Assembly: GCA_948468385.1 (NCBI GenBank)
Contig: CAOKHZ010000008.1
Coordinates: 40,265 to 104,264 of the forward strand
Reading direction: 5' to 3'
DNA: 64,000 bases
From: an uncultured Faecalicatena sp.
Lineage (GTDB): Bacteria; Bacillota; Clostridia; Lachnospirales; Lachnospiraceae
Positions within the stretch are counted from its first letter, which is position 1; each line of letters opens with the position of its first letter. The notes below the pieces were generated by a model. It worked only from the letters and a program-made list of their open reading frames with translations. It searched no databases and was not told the origin of the DNA. The translations under genes and the position numbers were made by a program. This document shows positions 1 through 8,911 of the stretch, piece by piece.

Positions 1-569
<569 letters not shown>

Positions 570-803
570 TTACGATACATTATGGGAAAATCGCGACACC
601 GTCATTTCTTTGAAGATAGTATACCAGATGATGCATGGGGATAAAATGTCTTAAGTGGCAAAAAATTTGTTAGATTTGGTAAAGAATGCCGATTTATCTG
701 GAATTAGTACTAGAGGATTGCTATAATCATACTATGAGTATTTAAAGTATGTCAAAAATCGATGGATTTGATAAAGGATTTATGAGGGGGGAAACTGAAA
801 TAA

Positions 804-1793
804 ATGAAATCGAGGGATGAAAGGGTTGGAGAAGCGAAATTAGGGAAGAGAGAGCTTGAGGAAAAAATTCATTCAATGGAAAGTGATGTCAGCTATCGTT
901 GTGTTGGGGAAGACTTTGACGAGGGCGTGGTGGCATGTGGATTTATGCGAAAACGCACCAGGGGACGGTCGCAAATTGATTTTCAGGTGGGGTACTACAG
1001 CGGCTTTTTCTTGCTTGCCGGAAGCGGGTTGTATGTGACGGAGGACGGACGTGAGTTTCCGATACGGGCGGGAGATTTTGTGCAGCGTTTGCCTGGGAAA
1101 ATGCATTCCACATATGTGGAGCCGGACGGGGAATGGCTGGAGTTTTTTGTCAGTTTAGGCAAAGGTCGATATCAGGCCGTGAAAAAACTGGGATTATTGC
1201 CGGAAGCGTGCGTGAGCAGGTGTCCGGTGGAGGACATGTTGGAAGATTGCAGCATGCATTTGGAGCGGTTGAAAGAAGCTGCAAACGGGGAGCTTGGCAT
1301 ATTGCTTGCGGGGCAGGAAATGTTGCTTCATGAGCTTTTGCGGCACGGAGAAAATCGAGTGGAGCAAGAAATGGAGCAAAAGCGGGAGCGGGCGAACAAG
1401 GCGGGGGAGCCGATGATTGGACGCGCGGAGAACGATTCAGATAAATATGCGGAGAAAATGCGCCAGGCGGCGGACATTTTATCGGCGAATCCAAGTGCAA
1501 ATTTGAATATGGAAGAGGTGGCGGAAAGCCTCTCGATGGGATATGAGACGTTTCGTAAGCAATTCCGCAAGCGGACGGGACTTTCCCCGGCGGATTACCG
1601 GTTGCGGCACAAAATGCGTCAGGCCTGCCACATGCTGGATGCCGGGATCAGCATTAAGGAAACGGCGGCGTTGACGGGGTATGCGGACGTTTATACGTTT
1701 ACCAGGCAATTTGCCAAGACGATGGGCAGCACGCCGGGAAAATATAGGAGCAGAGTAAGGAACTTAACAGTTCCTAACAATCGAGGATTGTAA
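804..1793 (+). CDS. AraC/XylS family transcriptional regulator (cupin-like N-terminal half, C-terminal double HTH)
   Basis: 329-aa ORF. C-terminus reads EVAESLSMGYETFRKQFRKRTGLSPADYRLRHKMRQACHML...LTGYADVYTFTRQFAKTMGSTPGKYR. Divergent from the GH2 gene. The exact start is uncertain; an alternative is the Met of MESDVSY. Confidence 0.85.
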   Translation: MKSRDERVGEAKLGKRELEEKIHSMESDVSYRCVGEDFDEGVVACGFMRKRTRGRSQIDFQVGYYSGFFLLAGSGLYVTEDGREFPIRAGDFVQRLPGKMHSTYVEPDGEWLEFFVSLGKGRYQAVKKLGLLPEACVSRCPVEDMLEDCSMHLERLKEAANGELGILLAGQEMLLHELLRHGENRVEQEMEQKRERANKAGEPMIGRAENDSDKYAEKMRQAADILSANPSANLNMEEVAESLSMGYETFRKQFRKRTGLSPADYRLRHKMRQACHMLDAGISIKETAALTGYADVYTFTRQFAKTMGSTPGKYRSRVRNLTVPNNRGL

Positions 1794-1865
1794 AGCGAAA
1801 CGTGTTTTGCTATAATGTGAGTTAAGATTTGGCCGAGATATTATCAAGGTCAGGAGGATGGAAAC

Positions 1866-2030
1866 ATGCACGAAATTGTCAAGGCAATGGAAGAGCGCAG
1901 GGGAATTCGAAAATTCAAGTCTGACATGTCGGCAAAGGAGGGAATCGGGCATTGTGCCGCGGGTTACATGGAGGGAGAATTGCCGGAAGCCGTGAAACGC
2001 AAGGAGGGCGGAGTGTTTTGGGCGGAATAG
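1866..2030 (+). pseudogene. 54-codon ORF whose first ~20 residues resemble a nitroreductase N-terminus; possible gene remnant or leader ORF overlapping the GNAT start
   Basis: Strong RBS (AGGAGG) 7 nt before the ATG. MHEIVKAMEERRGIRKFKSDM resembles the conserved nitroreductase start (..RRSIRKFKSD..), and the similarity then decays. The stop at 2028-2030 overlaps the probable GNAT start at 2018. Confidence 0.3.
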
Positions 2031-2464
2031 GGGGAAGCAGGTTGGAGATTCGTTTTGCGAAAAGCGAGGATGCCGCCTGGCTTGTGCAATATGACAAGCA
2101 TATTTCCGAAGAGGAGATGGGGCATGCCATATTGCGAAATCGTGTTTATATCGCCGAGAAAGATGGACGGTTCGTGGGATGGCTTAGATACAATTTGTTC
2201 TGGGACAACATTCCGTTCATGAACATGCTGTATGTCATGGAAGAATATAGAGGAAGCGGGGGCGGCAGGAAGCTGGTCGAGTTTTGGGAGAGCGAGATGG
2301 AACGGCAGGGATACTCAAAAGTGATGACTTCGACCCAGGCAAATGAATACGCGCAGCATTTTTATATCAGGCTGGGCTATGAGGCGATGGGTGGGTTCCT
2401 GCTGGGTGGTGAACCATATGAAATGCTATTTGCGAAGGAAATAAGGCATGAGGGGAATGGGTAA
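2018..2464 (+). CDS. GNAT family N-acetyltransferase
   Basis: The ORF track gives 1952..2464. The acetyl-CoA-binding motif region is YVMEEYRGSGGGRKLVEFWESEMERQGYSKV. The likely start is TTG at 2018, 9 nt after AAGGAGGG. Confidence 0.75.
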   Translation: MGGIGGSRLEIRFAKSEDAAWLVQYDKHISEEEMGHAILRNRVYIAEKDGRFVGWLRYNLFWDNIPFMNMLYVMEEYRGSGGGRKLVEFWESEMERQGYSKVMTSTQANEYAQHFYIRLGYEAMGGFLLGGEPYEMLFAKEIRHEGNG

Positions 2465-2569
2465 ACCAACATGGAGGAATATTAGGTATTAAACAAAAAT
2501 TAAGGATTACATGCTTGGTTTATGAGAAATAATTGTTTAGTTAGCTGTAAGAGCTACGGGGGATGACAT

Positions 2570-3928
2570 ATGGCGGAAAGTCAAAATATAGAATATAAAG
2601 AGTCATGGCGTGATGAATATTTGAAATGGGTATGTGGTTTTGCTAATGCACAAGGTGGAACGATATACATCGGGGTGGATGATTCTGGAAACGTAGTAGG
2701 CGTGAAGAATGCGAAGAGATTGATGGAGGATATCCCGAATAAAATACAATCGGGACTCGGCATTGTTGCAGATGTCAATAGGATAAGCAAGGATGGGCAA
2801 GACTATATTGAAATAAAAGTAAATCCAAGCACTTATCCTATTAGTTATCATGGTGAATATCATTATCGGAGCGGTAGTACAAAGCAACAGATGACGGGCA
2901 TTGCCTTGTCAGAATTTATTATGCGAAAAACTGGTGTCCGCTGGGAGGATGTCACTGTTGATGATATTTCGGTTGAAGATTTGGATGAAGAGAGTTTTAA
3001 AATATTTCGTAGAGAGGCATTGAGAAGTAAGCGAATGACGCAAGAGGAACTGGATATTCCGAATGAAGAACTGCTAAGTAAGTTACATCTGATGTCTGGT
3101 GGAAAGTTAAAAAGGTCTGCCGTGTTGCTCTTCTATGGTGATCCCGCCGTGGTTCAGAACGGCAGTCATGTACAAATGGGAAAGTTTGGGGAAGGCGCGG
3201 ATTTACAGTATCAGGATATCTTGGAAGGCTCGCTAATCACTACTGCTGATAAAGTGGTCGATTTGATTTATCTTAAATATTTGAAAGCCAAGATTACCTA
3301 TGCACATGATAGACGTGTAGAGACTTATCCTTTTGCAAGGGCGGCCATTCGCGAGGCCGTTTATAATGCTATTGCACATAATTGCTATATGTTCGGCAGT
3401 CCCATACAGATTCGTATCGAGGATGAAGCGATGATTATCAGTAATCGGTGTATTCTGCCGGAAGGATGGACGGTGGAAACTCTGATGAGGCCACATGATT
3501 CCATACCGTATAACCCAGATATAGCAAATGTGTTCTATCGCGCAGGGTATATTGAACGTTGGGGACGCGGCATTGAAAAAATTTGTGATGCGTGCAAGGA
3601 ACTTGGTGCTGAACTTCCGATATATGAGCTGCGCGGTAATGGTCTTCGTGTTCATTTCTCAGCATTGCAAAGTGCGCTGATAAAAGATTCCAAAGCACCA
3701 AAGCACCAAAACACCAAAGCACCAAAGCACCGAAGCGTTAACGATGATGTAATGACATTTAGGATTATTGAAATAATAAAGGATACGCCAACGATTTCGC
3801 AGGAGGAATTGGCTAAGCGGCTAGGAACAACAAGACGATTGGTGCAAATGAGAATGAATATTCTGAAAGATGCTGGCCACGTAACGCGTGTTGGCGGCAA
3901 ACGTTATGGGCATTGGGAAATTAGATAG
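2570..3928 (+). CDS. Schlafen/AlbA_2-domain protein with HATPase_c_4-like middle region and C-terminal winged HTH (COG2865-type putative regulator/ATP-binding protein)
   Basis: 452-aa ORF. The N-terminus MAESQNIEYKESWRDEYLKWVCGFANAQGGTIYIGVDDSGNVVGV matches the AlbA_2 signature (E.K.S....L.K.I.AFAN..GG.I.IGV.D.G.V.G). The C-terminal ISQEELAKRLGTTRRLVQMRMNILKDAGHVTRVG is HTH-like. The gene is visibly more AT-rich than its neighbours. Confidence 0.7.
   Translation: MAESQNIEYKESWRDEYLKWVCGFANAQGGTIYIGVDDSGNVVGVKNAKRLMEDIPNKIQSGLGIVADVNRISKDGQDYIEIKVNPSTYPISYHGEYHYRSGSTKQQMTGIALSEFIMRKTGVRWEDVTVDDISVEDLDEESFKIFRREALRSKRMTQEELDIPNEELLSKLHLMSGGKLKRSAVLLFYGDPAVVQNGSHVQMGKFGEGADLQYQDILEGSLITTADKVVDLIYLKYLKAKITYAHDRRVETYPFARAAIREAVYNAIAHNCYMFGSPIQIRIEDEAMIISNRCILPEGWTVETLMRPHDSIPYNPDIANVFYRAGYIERWGRGIEKICDACKELGAELPIYELRGNGLRVHFSALQSALIKDSKAPKHQNTKAPKHRSVNDDVMTFRIIEIIKDTPTISQEELAKRLGTTRRLVQMRMNILKDAGHVTRVGGKRYGHWEIR
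3690..3737 (+). repeat. Six tandem copies of an octanucleotide (CCAAAGCA consensus) inside the Schlafen-like CDS
   Basis: Read directly: ccaaagca ccaaagca ccaaaaca ccaaagca ccaaagca ccgaagcg. It encodes KAPKHQNTKAPKHRS. The unit length is not a multiple of 3. Confidence 0.9.
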
Positions 3929-3977
3929 ACTATGGAAGTGAAGATTAAAGTCAGTTTTAGTGAAGCAACAAAGGGTG

Positions 3978-4499
3978 ATGAAAATGAGATTATTTATTGC
4001 GATACAATTTGACGAGCCGATTCTGGCGGCTTTGACCAACCTGCAAGAGGAAATGAAGACACAAAACGTGGAAGGGAATTACACCCATAGGGAGAATCTG
4101 CATCTGACGCTCGCGTTTATCGGGGAATACGGGAATTCTGACGACGTGCTTGACGCGATGGAATTGTCGGATTTCCGGTCATTTGACATTGTGCTGGACG
4201 GCGTGGGATGTTACCATGGCGACTTGCTCTGGGCAGGAATCGCTGACAATGAAGAGCTCGCCTCCTATGTGAAGCGGCTTCGCAGGGAGTTATCCAATCA
4301 GGGCATCCCGTTTGACCGGAAGCGGTTCATCCCGCACATTACGTTGATTCGGAAAGCCTTCTATCGAAGCGGACAAGGACTGCCGGACATAAATTCACCG
4401 GTCGGGAAGATGCGGGTAAGCAGGATTTCTCTTATGAAGTCGGAGCGCGGCAAGCGGGGGATGATCTATACGGAAATCGGAGGAGTGGGGGAGGAATAG
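3978..4499 (+). CDS. thpR: RNA 2',3'-cyclic phosphodiesterase (2H phosphoesterase, LigT/ThpR family)
   Basis: MKMRLFIAIQF... with the two 2H-family H-x-T/S-x motifs (HLTLAF and HITLIR). The ORF track start at 3960 is GTG; ATG at 3978 or 3984 is more plausible. Confidence 0.8.
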   Translation: MKMRLFIAIQFDEPILAALTNLQEEMKTQNVEGNYTHRENLHLTLAFIGEYGNSDDVLDAMELSDFRSFDIVLDGVGCYHGDLLWAGIADNEELASYVKRLRRELSNQGIPFDRKRFIPHITLIRKAFYRSGQGLPDINSPVGKMRVSRISLMKSERGKRGMIYTEIGGVGEE

Positions 4500-4569
4500 A
4501 TGTTTTAGGCGGCGATGTATGCCGCCTATTTCTGCCTGTTTCTGCCTATACCGCCATATTTTGTTCTGT

Positions 4570-6048
4570 TTATACTCCCGCTGTATTTTGCCTGGCATTC
4601 CTTTCCGTCTCTTTGATCGTTTTATTCCATTTTAGTGCCAGGAATGCGCCGACGGCCAATGCGAAAATGAGTGTCACGGCGGTGGAGAACGCGATGCCGT
4701 ACATTTGGAACGCATGGTTCATGAGAAACAGAATCGGCAGGTAAAAAAGTCCCTTGTCGAGCAGCGCCGTGAAGGTGGCGTAGGCCGCCTGGCCGGTTGC
4801 CTGCATGAAGGTCTGGCAAAGCTGGTACAGTCCGTAAAACGGCCCGGTACAGATGGAAGCAAGCACCATGATTTGGCCGTATTCGATGACCTCCGCATTG
4901 TCGATGAAGGCGGAGATAATCGGGGTGCGGGCAACGTAGCAGCCCGCGCTTAGGACGAATCCGAGCACGACCGTGAAAACGCCGGTGTTGCGGATGATGG
5001 AGTACATCCGTTTTAAGTCGCCCCGCCCGTAATTGTAAGAAATGGCAGGCTGGAGTCCCATGCAGATGGCCATCAAAAGCATCGTGATGACCATGGCCAA
5101 TTTTCCGGCCACGCTCTGTGCGGACAAGGCCACGGAACCGTATCCGATCATCATCCGGTTGGAAATCATGTGGGAAATGCTGTTTAGCATGGTGCTGCAG
5201 CACATTGGAAGTCCCAGCGTGACCACCGGCAGAAAATACTCTTTACGGAACGTGAAATATTTTGGATAAGGACGAAATGCCGGTTGCTTCTTCCATAAAT
5301 AATACACAAGGTAAATGCTCGTCAGTATGTTGCCAATCACGGTCGCCAGGGCGGCACCGGCCACGTCCCAGTGGAATACCATGATGAACAAAGCGTCCAG
5401 TATAATGTTACTGACCGTTCCAAGGAGGTTTGAAACCATGGACTGGGAAGCGGCTCCGTCGGCGCGGATGACGCAGTTATACGTCTGGTTGAACATGACG
5501 AAGGGCGCTCCCAGTGAAAAAATCATTAGGTACTGGCAAGTGTATTCCATGGTACTCTCATCGGCACCGAGCATCGCGGCAATCGGGCGGATGGCGAACA
5601 AGACAATCAGCATAAATGCGATGCCGACCGCCAATGCGCTATAACAGCAGATGCTGCAGAAGGATTTGATTTTTGTATGGTCCTTGCGTCCGAGTGCCAT
5701 GGAGATGGAGGTGCAGCCGCCGTTGCCGAACAAGGTCGCCACGCCGGACAGAATGGTGAAAAACGGCATGGAGAGGGAAATGGCGGCGATTTTGTTGGGA
5801 TCGCCGGTCTGGCCGATGAAGTAGGTGTCCGCCATATTGTAAATAATCATTACTAATATTATGACGACGGATGGAATGCACAGTTTAATCAGTAGTTGTG
5901 GGAAGCTTCCTTCAGCCAGTATGGCCTCGTTTTTGTTGATAGAGGATTTTCCGGTTTTCGATTTGGCGAGGGTATCCCCTTCGCTTGAGATGGCCGGAAT
6001 TTCTTGTGATTCGTTTTGCGTCTGAGTAGTATTTTTTGTGTCGTTCAT
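4570..6048 (-). CDS. MATE family efflux transporter
   Basis: 492-aa polytopic ORF with ~12 hydrophobic segments. The motif region LLIKLCIPSVVIILVMIIYNMADTYFIGQTGD is typical of MATE/NorM-like proteins. A GGAGG RBS is present. Divergent from a TetR gene. Confidence 0.85.
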   Translation of the reverse strand: MNDTKNTTQTQNESQEIPAISSEGDTLAKSKTGKSSINKNEAILAEGSFPQLLIKLCIPSVVIILVMIIYNMADTYFIGQTGDPNKIAAISLSMPFFTILSGVATLFGNGGCTSISMALGRKDHTKIKSFCSICCYSALAVGIAFMLIVLFAIRPIAAMLGADESTMEYTCQYLMIFSLGAPFVMFNQTYNCVIRADGAASQSMVSNLLGTVSNIILDALFIMVFHWDVAGAALATVIGNILTSIYLVYYLWKKQPAFRPYPKYFTFRKEYFLPVVTLGLPMCCSTMLNSISHMISNRMMIGYGSVALSAQSVAGKLAMVITMLLMAICMGLQPAISYNYGRGDLKRMYSIIRNTGVFTVVLGFVLSAGCYVARTPIISAFIDNAEVIEYGQIMVLASICTGPFYGLYQLCQTFMQATGQAAYATFTALLDKGLFYLPILFLMNHAFQMYGIAFSTAVTLIFALAVGAFLALKWNKTIKETERNARQNTAGV

Positions 6049-6078
6049 AGTTGTCTGCCTCCTTGTAAATGATTATGT

Positions 6079-6112
6079 ATAGTGGATCACAAAATAATTT
6101 GTCGTCCACTAT
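6079..6112. promoter_or_regulatory. Inverted repeat ATAGTGGA-N18-TCCACTAT in the MATE/TetR divergent intergenic region; candidate TetR operator
   Basis: Arms read directly at 6079-6086 and 6105-6112. The right arm and its flank (TTTGTCGTCCACTAT) recur as a direct repeat at 6206-6220. Confidence 0.4.
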
Positions 6113-6182
6113 GACCCTGCCGGGGGATGCGCACGATTTTTGCAAGGAAATATTTGCGTTTGTACGCGGCAAAAATTGGCGC

Positions 6183-6218
6183 AGTAAACGCCAAAGGTAA
6201 AAATTTTTGTCGTTTACT
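6183..6218. promoter_or_regulatory. Second inverted repeat AGTAAACG-N20-CGTTTACT; candidate second operator
   Basis: Arms at 6183-6190 and 6211-6218. It has the same architecture and the same TTTGTCGTnnACTAT right half as the first repeat. Confidence 0.4.
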
Positions 6219-6240
6219 ATAAATGACTTCGAATCTACAC

Positions 6241-6269
6241 TTGTCGAATTAATATATTTATAGTATAAT
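6241..6269 (+). promoter_or_regulatory. Sigma-A-type promoter for the TetR gene
   Basis: TTGTCG (6241-6246), 17 nt spacer, TATAAT (6264-6269). Confidence 0.55.
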
Positions 6270-6341
6270 CTGTTTGCAAGAAAAAATCAAGAGTCAAAAC
6301 AACTACAAGTGTAGGAATAATAAAATCCTGGGAGTGAGACG

Positions 6342-6932
6342 ATGAATAAAAAAGGAAATCAGAGGTATCAGGAGACATGTCAGAGAATTGAGGAAGCCGT
6401 GATAGCACTTTTAGAGGAAAAAGAGGTGGAGCAAATCACGGTCAGTGAAATTTGCCGGAAAGCACAAGTGCACCGCACGACATTTTACGGGCATTATGAT
6501 GATATACCTGATTTGATGAACCATGTGGCGGGGCAGATGTATTCCCATGTGATGGAGGGATTCAAGCTGACGGACGGCGCGACACCGGGAGAAGGTTTTA
6601 TAAAATTGTTTTACTATATCAAGGAAAATAGGCAGATGTTTCGGAGCCTGATGGATTATTACAGTTCCAAGCGATATAAATTCGCCATTCTCCCGTCAGA
6701 GATGGAACAGCATGTGAAGGAAATCATGAAGAAGTCCGGGTATGAGGAGAGGGAGGTGGGCTTATATTATTATATTTTCTTTACGGAGGGCTTGAAGGCG
6801 GTAATCTATCATTGGCTGGAACGGGATTGTGCGGAATCTCCGGAGAAAATGTGGAAGATTGTCGCGAAGGAGTATGAACCGTTGCACATGGAAAAGATTC
6901 AAAAGAAAAAGGGGAGAAAGAAGACGGACTAA
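6342..6932 (+). CDS. TetR/AcrR family transcriptional regulator
   Basis: 196 aa. The N-terminal HTH reads ITVSEICRKAQVHRTTFYGHYDD. Divergent from the MATE transporter, which is the classic repressor/efflux arrangement. Confidence 0.85.
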   Translation: MNKKGNQRYQETCQRIEEAVIALLEEKEVEQITVSEICRKAQVHRTTFYGHYDDIPDLMNHVAGQMYSHVMEGFKLTDGATPGEGFIKLFYYIKENRQMFRSLMDYYSSKRYKFAILPSEMEQHVKEIMKKSGYEEREVGLYYYIFFTEGLKAVIYHWLERDCAESPEKMWKIVAKEYEPLHMEKIQKKKGRKKTD

Positions 6933-7084
6933 GTAGGTTAGGACATGAAAAAAACAAAACCACGAAAGAAAAAGCCAAAATTTGCTATGCTAAAATTGCA
7001 CTTTCGTGTATAATAGGAAGAAGTGTGAGGACGGGGTGCTTTTGAAGAATCTCGTCAAATGCCAGAACAAGGAGGAAGCTTAGT

Positions 7085-8893
7085 ATGCAGTACTTATGTA
7101 ATCCAGTAAACATTGATTATCATTACCAGTTTAACAAAGTGCAGATGCCGGACATGCCGGGAGACGCGCCGCTGCAGGTGGCGCGGGAGGCGGCCGACCC
7201 GTCCATGATTCAGTTTAAGGGAAGGTATTATATCTTCGCGTCCATGAATTTAAGCGTATGGGTGTCGGATGACATGGCAAATTGGAAGAGTTATCGCCTG
7301 CCGGACAATCTGCCGCTTTACGACTATGCGCCGGACGTGCGTGTGATTGGCGACTATGTGTATTTCAGCGCATCCAAGAGAGAGGAAGTTTGCGACTATT
7401 ACCGTACGAAGGACGTGATTAACGGACCTTATGAGCGTATCGAGGGAACGTTTGACTTCTGGGATCCGAACTTGTTCGTGGATGACGATGGCAGGATTTA
7501 TTTTTATTGGGGCTGTGCGAATGTGACTCCGGTGTGGGGCGTGGAGCTTGACCCGGAGACGATGAAGCCTTTGACCGAGCGCAAGGAACTTATCTGGGGA
7601 GATGCCTGGACAAAGGGGTATGAACGATGCGGAGAAGACCATTGTCAGCCGCCGTATACAAAAGAAGAGGCGGAAATGCGCTATCAGGGCTTCTTGCAGA
7701 TGCGCGGCATGAAAGATTCTGAATTATCTGACAGTATGAGAATTATGCTTCGCGGCTACATGAGTGGAGATCCGTATATCGAGGGGGCATGGATGGACAA
7801 GTACCAGGGCAAATATTATTTGCAGTATGCCTGTCCGGGAGCGGAGTTTAACGTATATGCAGACGGCGTATATGTGGGTGATTCCCCGCTTGGACCATTT
7901 GAACTGGCGGAAAACAATCCGTTTTCTTATAAGCCGGGCGGTTTCCTGCCGGGTGCGGGACATGGTTCCACGATGTGGGACAAGCACGGAAACTTATGGC
8001 ACGCGTCAACGATGAGAATCGGCATCAATCACCAGTTTGAGCGCCGTGTCGGTATCTGGCCGGCAGGATTTGACGCGGATGGCGAGTTGTTCTGTAATCA
8101 GAGGTATGGGGACTGGCCGATGGCGATTGACCAGGCGAAGCAGGATCCGTGGAAAGACCCGGACTGGTATTTGCTGAGCTACAAAAAGGCGGTGAGTGCC
8201 TCCTCCGCAGAAGAAGGCAAAGGGCCGGAGCTGGCGGCGGACGAGAATGTCCGGACCTGGTGGCGCGCGGCGAGCGAAGAGCGCGGCCAGTGGATTTGCA
8301 TGGATCTGGGGGACGTGTGTGACGTGCGCGCCGTGCAAATAAATTTTGCGGACGACAAGATTGACATTCCGATTCCGGGCGAGGTTCGCGGAACGTCGCA
8401 GGCGCGATATATTGAGGAAGCGGATTTGATTACCCGCTGGATTTTGGAAGGCTCCGAGGACGGGGAAAACTATTTCGTACTGGAAGACAAGTCGGACGTG
8501 ATGACCTGTTTGCCGCACGACCTCGTGGTGAAAGAGGACGGCGTCAAGATACGTTTTGTCAAATTGACGATTTTGGAGATTCCGTATGACCAGAAACCAT
8601 GTATTTCCGGACTCCGTGTATTTGGAATCGGAAACGGGGAAGCACCGAAAGCACCAAAATTTACGGTAAATCGCACAACAGATATTGACATGGAAGTGAA
8701 AATTGAGGATAATGGAGCGGTAGGTTATAATATTCTCTGGGGACACACGCCAGAAAAGTTATATCACAGCTACATGGTTTTCGGCAAAGACGCGCAGACT
8801 ATTGGTGCATTGGTCAAAGGAAGGAATTATTATGTGAGGGTCGACGCATTTAATGAAGTGGGTATCGCGGAAGGCGAAGTAGTGGCACTGTAA
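7085..8893 (+). CDS. Glycoside hydrolase family 43 enzyme with C-terminal F5/8 type C (discoidin) and Fn3-like domains
   Basis: 602 aa. The GH43-type five-bladed-propeller N-terminus includes ADPSMIQFKGRYYIFAS and DPNLFVDDDGRIYFYWG. The discoidin-like block is ENVRTWWRAASEERGQWICMDLGDVCDVRAVQINF. There is no signal peptide, so it is probably intracellular. Confidence 0.8.
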   Translation: MQYLCNPVNIDYHYQFNKVQMPDMPGDAPLQVAREAADPSMIQFKGRYYIFASMNLSVWVSDDMANWKSYRLPDNLPLYDYAPDVRVIGDYVYFSASKREEVCDYYRTKDVINGPYERIEGTFDFWDPNLFVDDDGRIYFYWGCANVTPVWGVELDPETMKPLTERKELIWGDAWTKGYERCGEDHCQPPYTKEEAEMRYQGFLQMRGMKDSELSDSMRIMLRGYMSGDPYIEGAWMDKYQGKYYLQYACPGAEFNVYADGVYVGDSPLGPFELAENNPFSYKPGGFLPGAGHGSTMWDKHGNLWHASTMRIGINHQFERRVGIWPAGFDADGELFCNQRYGDWPMAIDQAKQDPWKDPDWYLLSYKKAVSASSAEEGKGPELAADENVRTWWRAASEERGQWICMDLGDVCDVRAVQINFADDKIDIPIPGEVRGTSQARYIEEADLITRWILEGSEDGENYFVLEDKSDVMTCLPHDLVVKEDGVKIRFVKLTILEIPYDQKPCISGLRVFGIGNGEAPKAPKFTVNRTTDIDMEVKIEDNGAVGYNILWGHTPEKLYHSYMVFGKDAQTIGALVKGRNYYVRVDAFNEVGIAEGEVVAL

Positions 8894-8911
8894 TGGAAGG
8901 AGAAAATCGTA

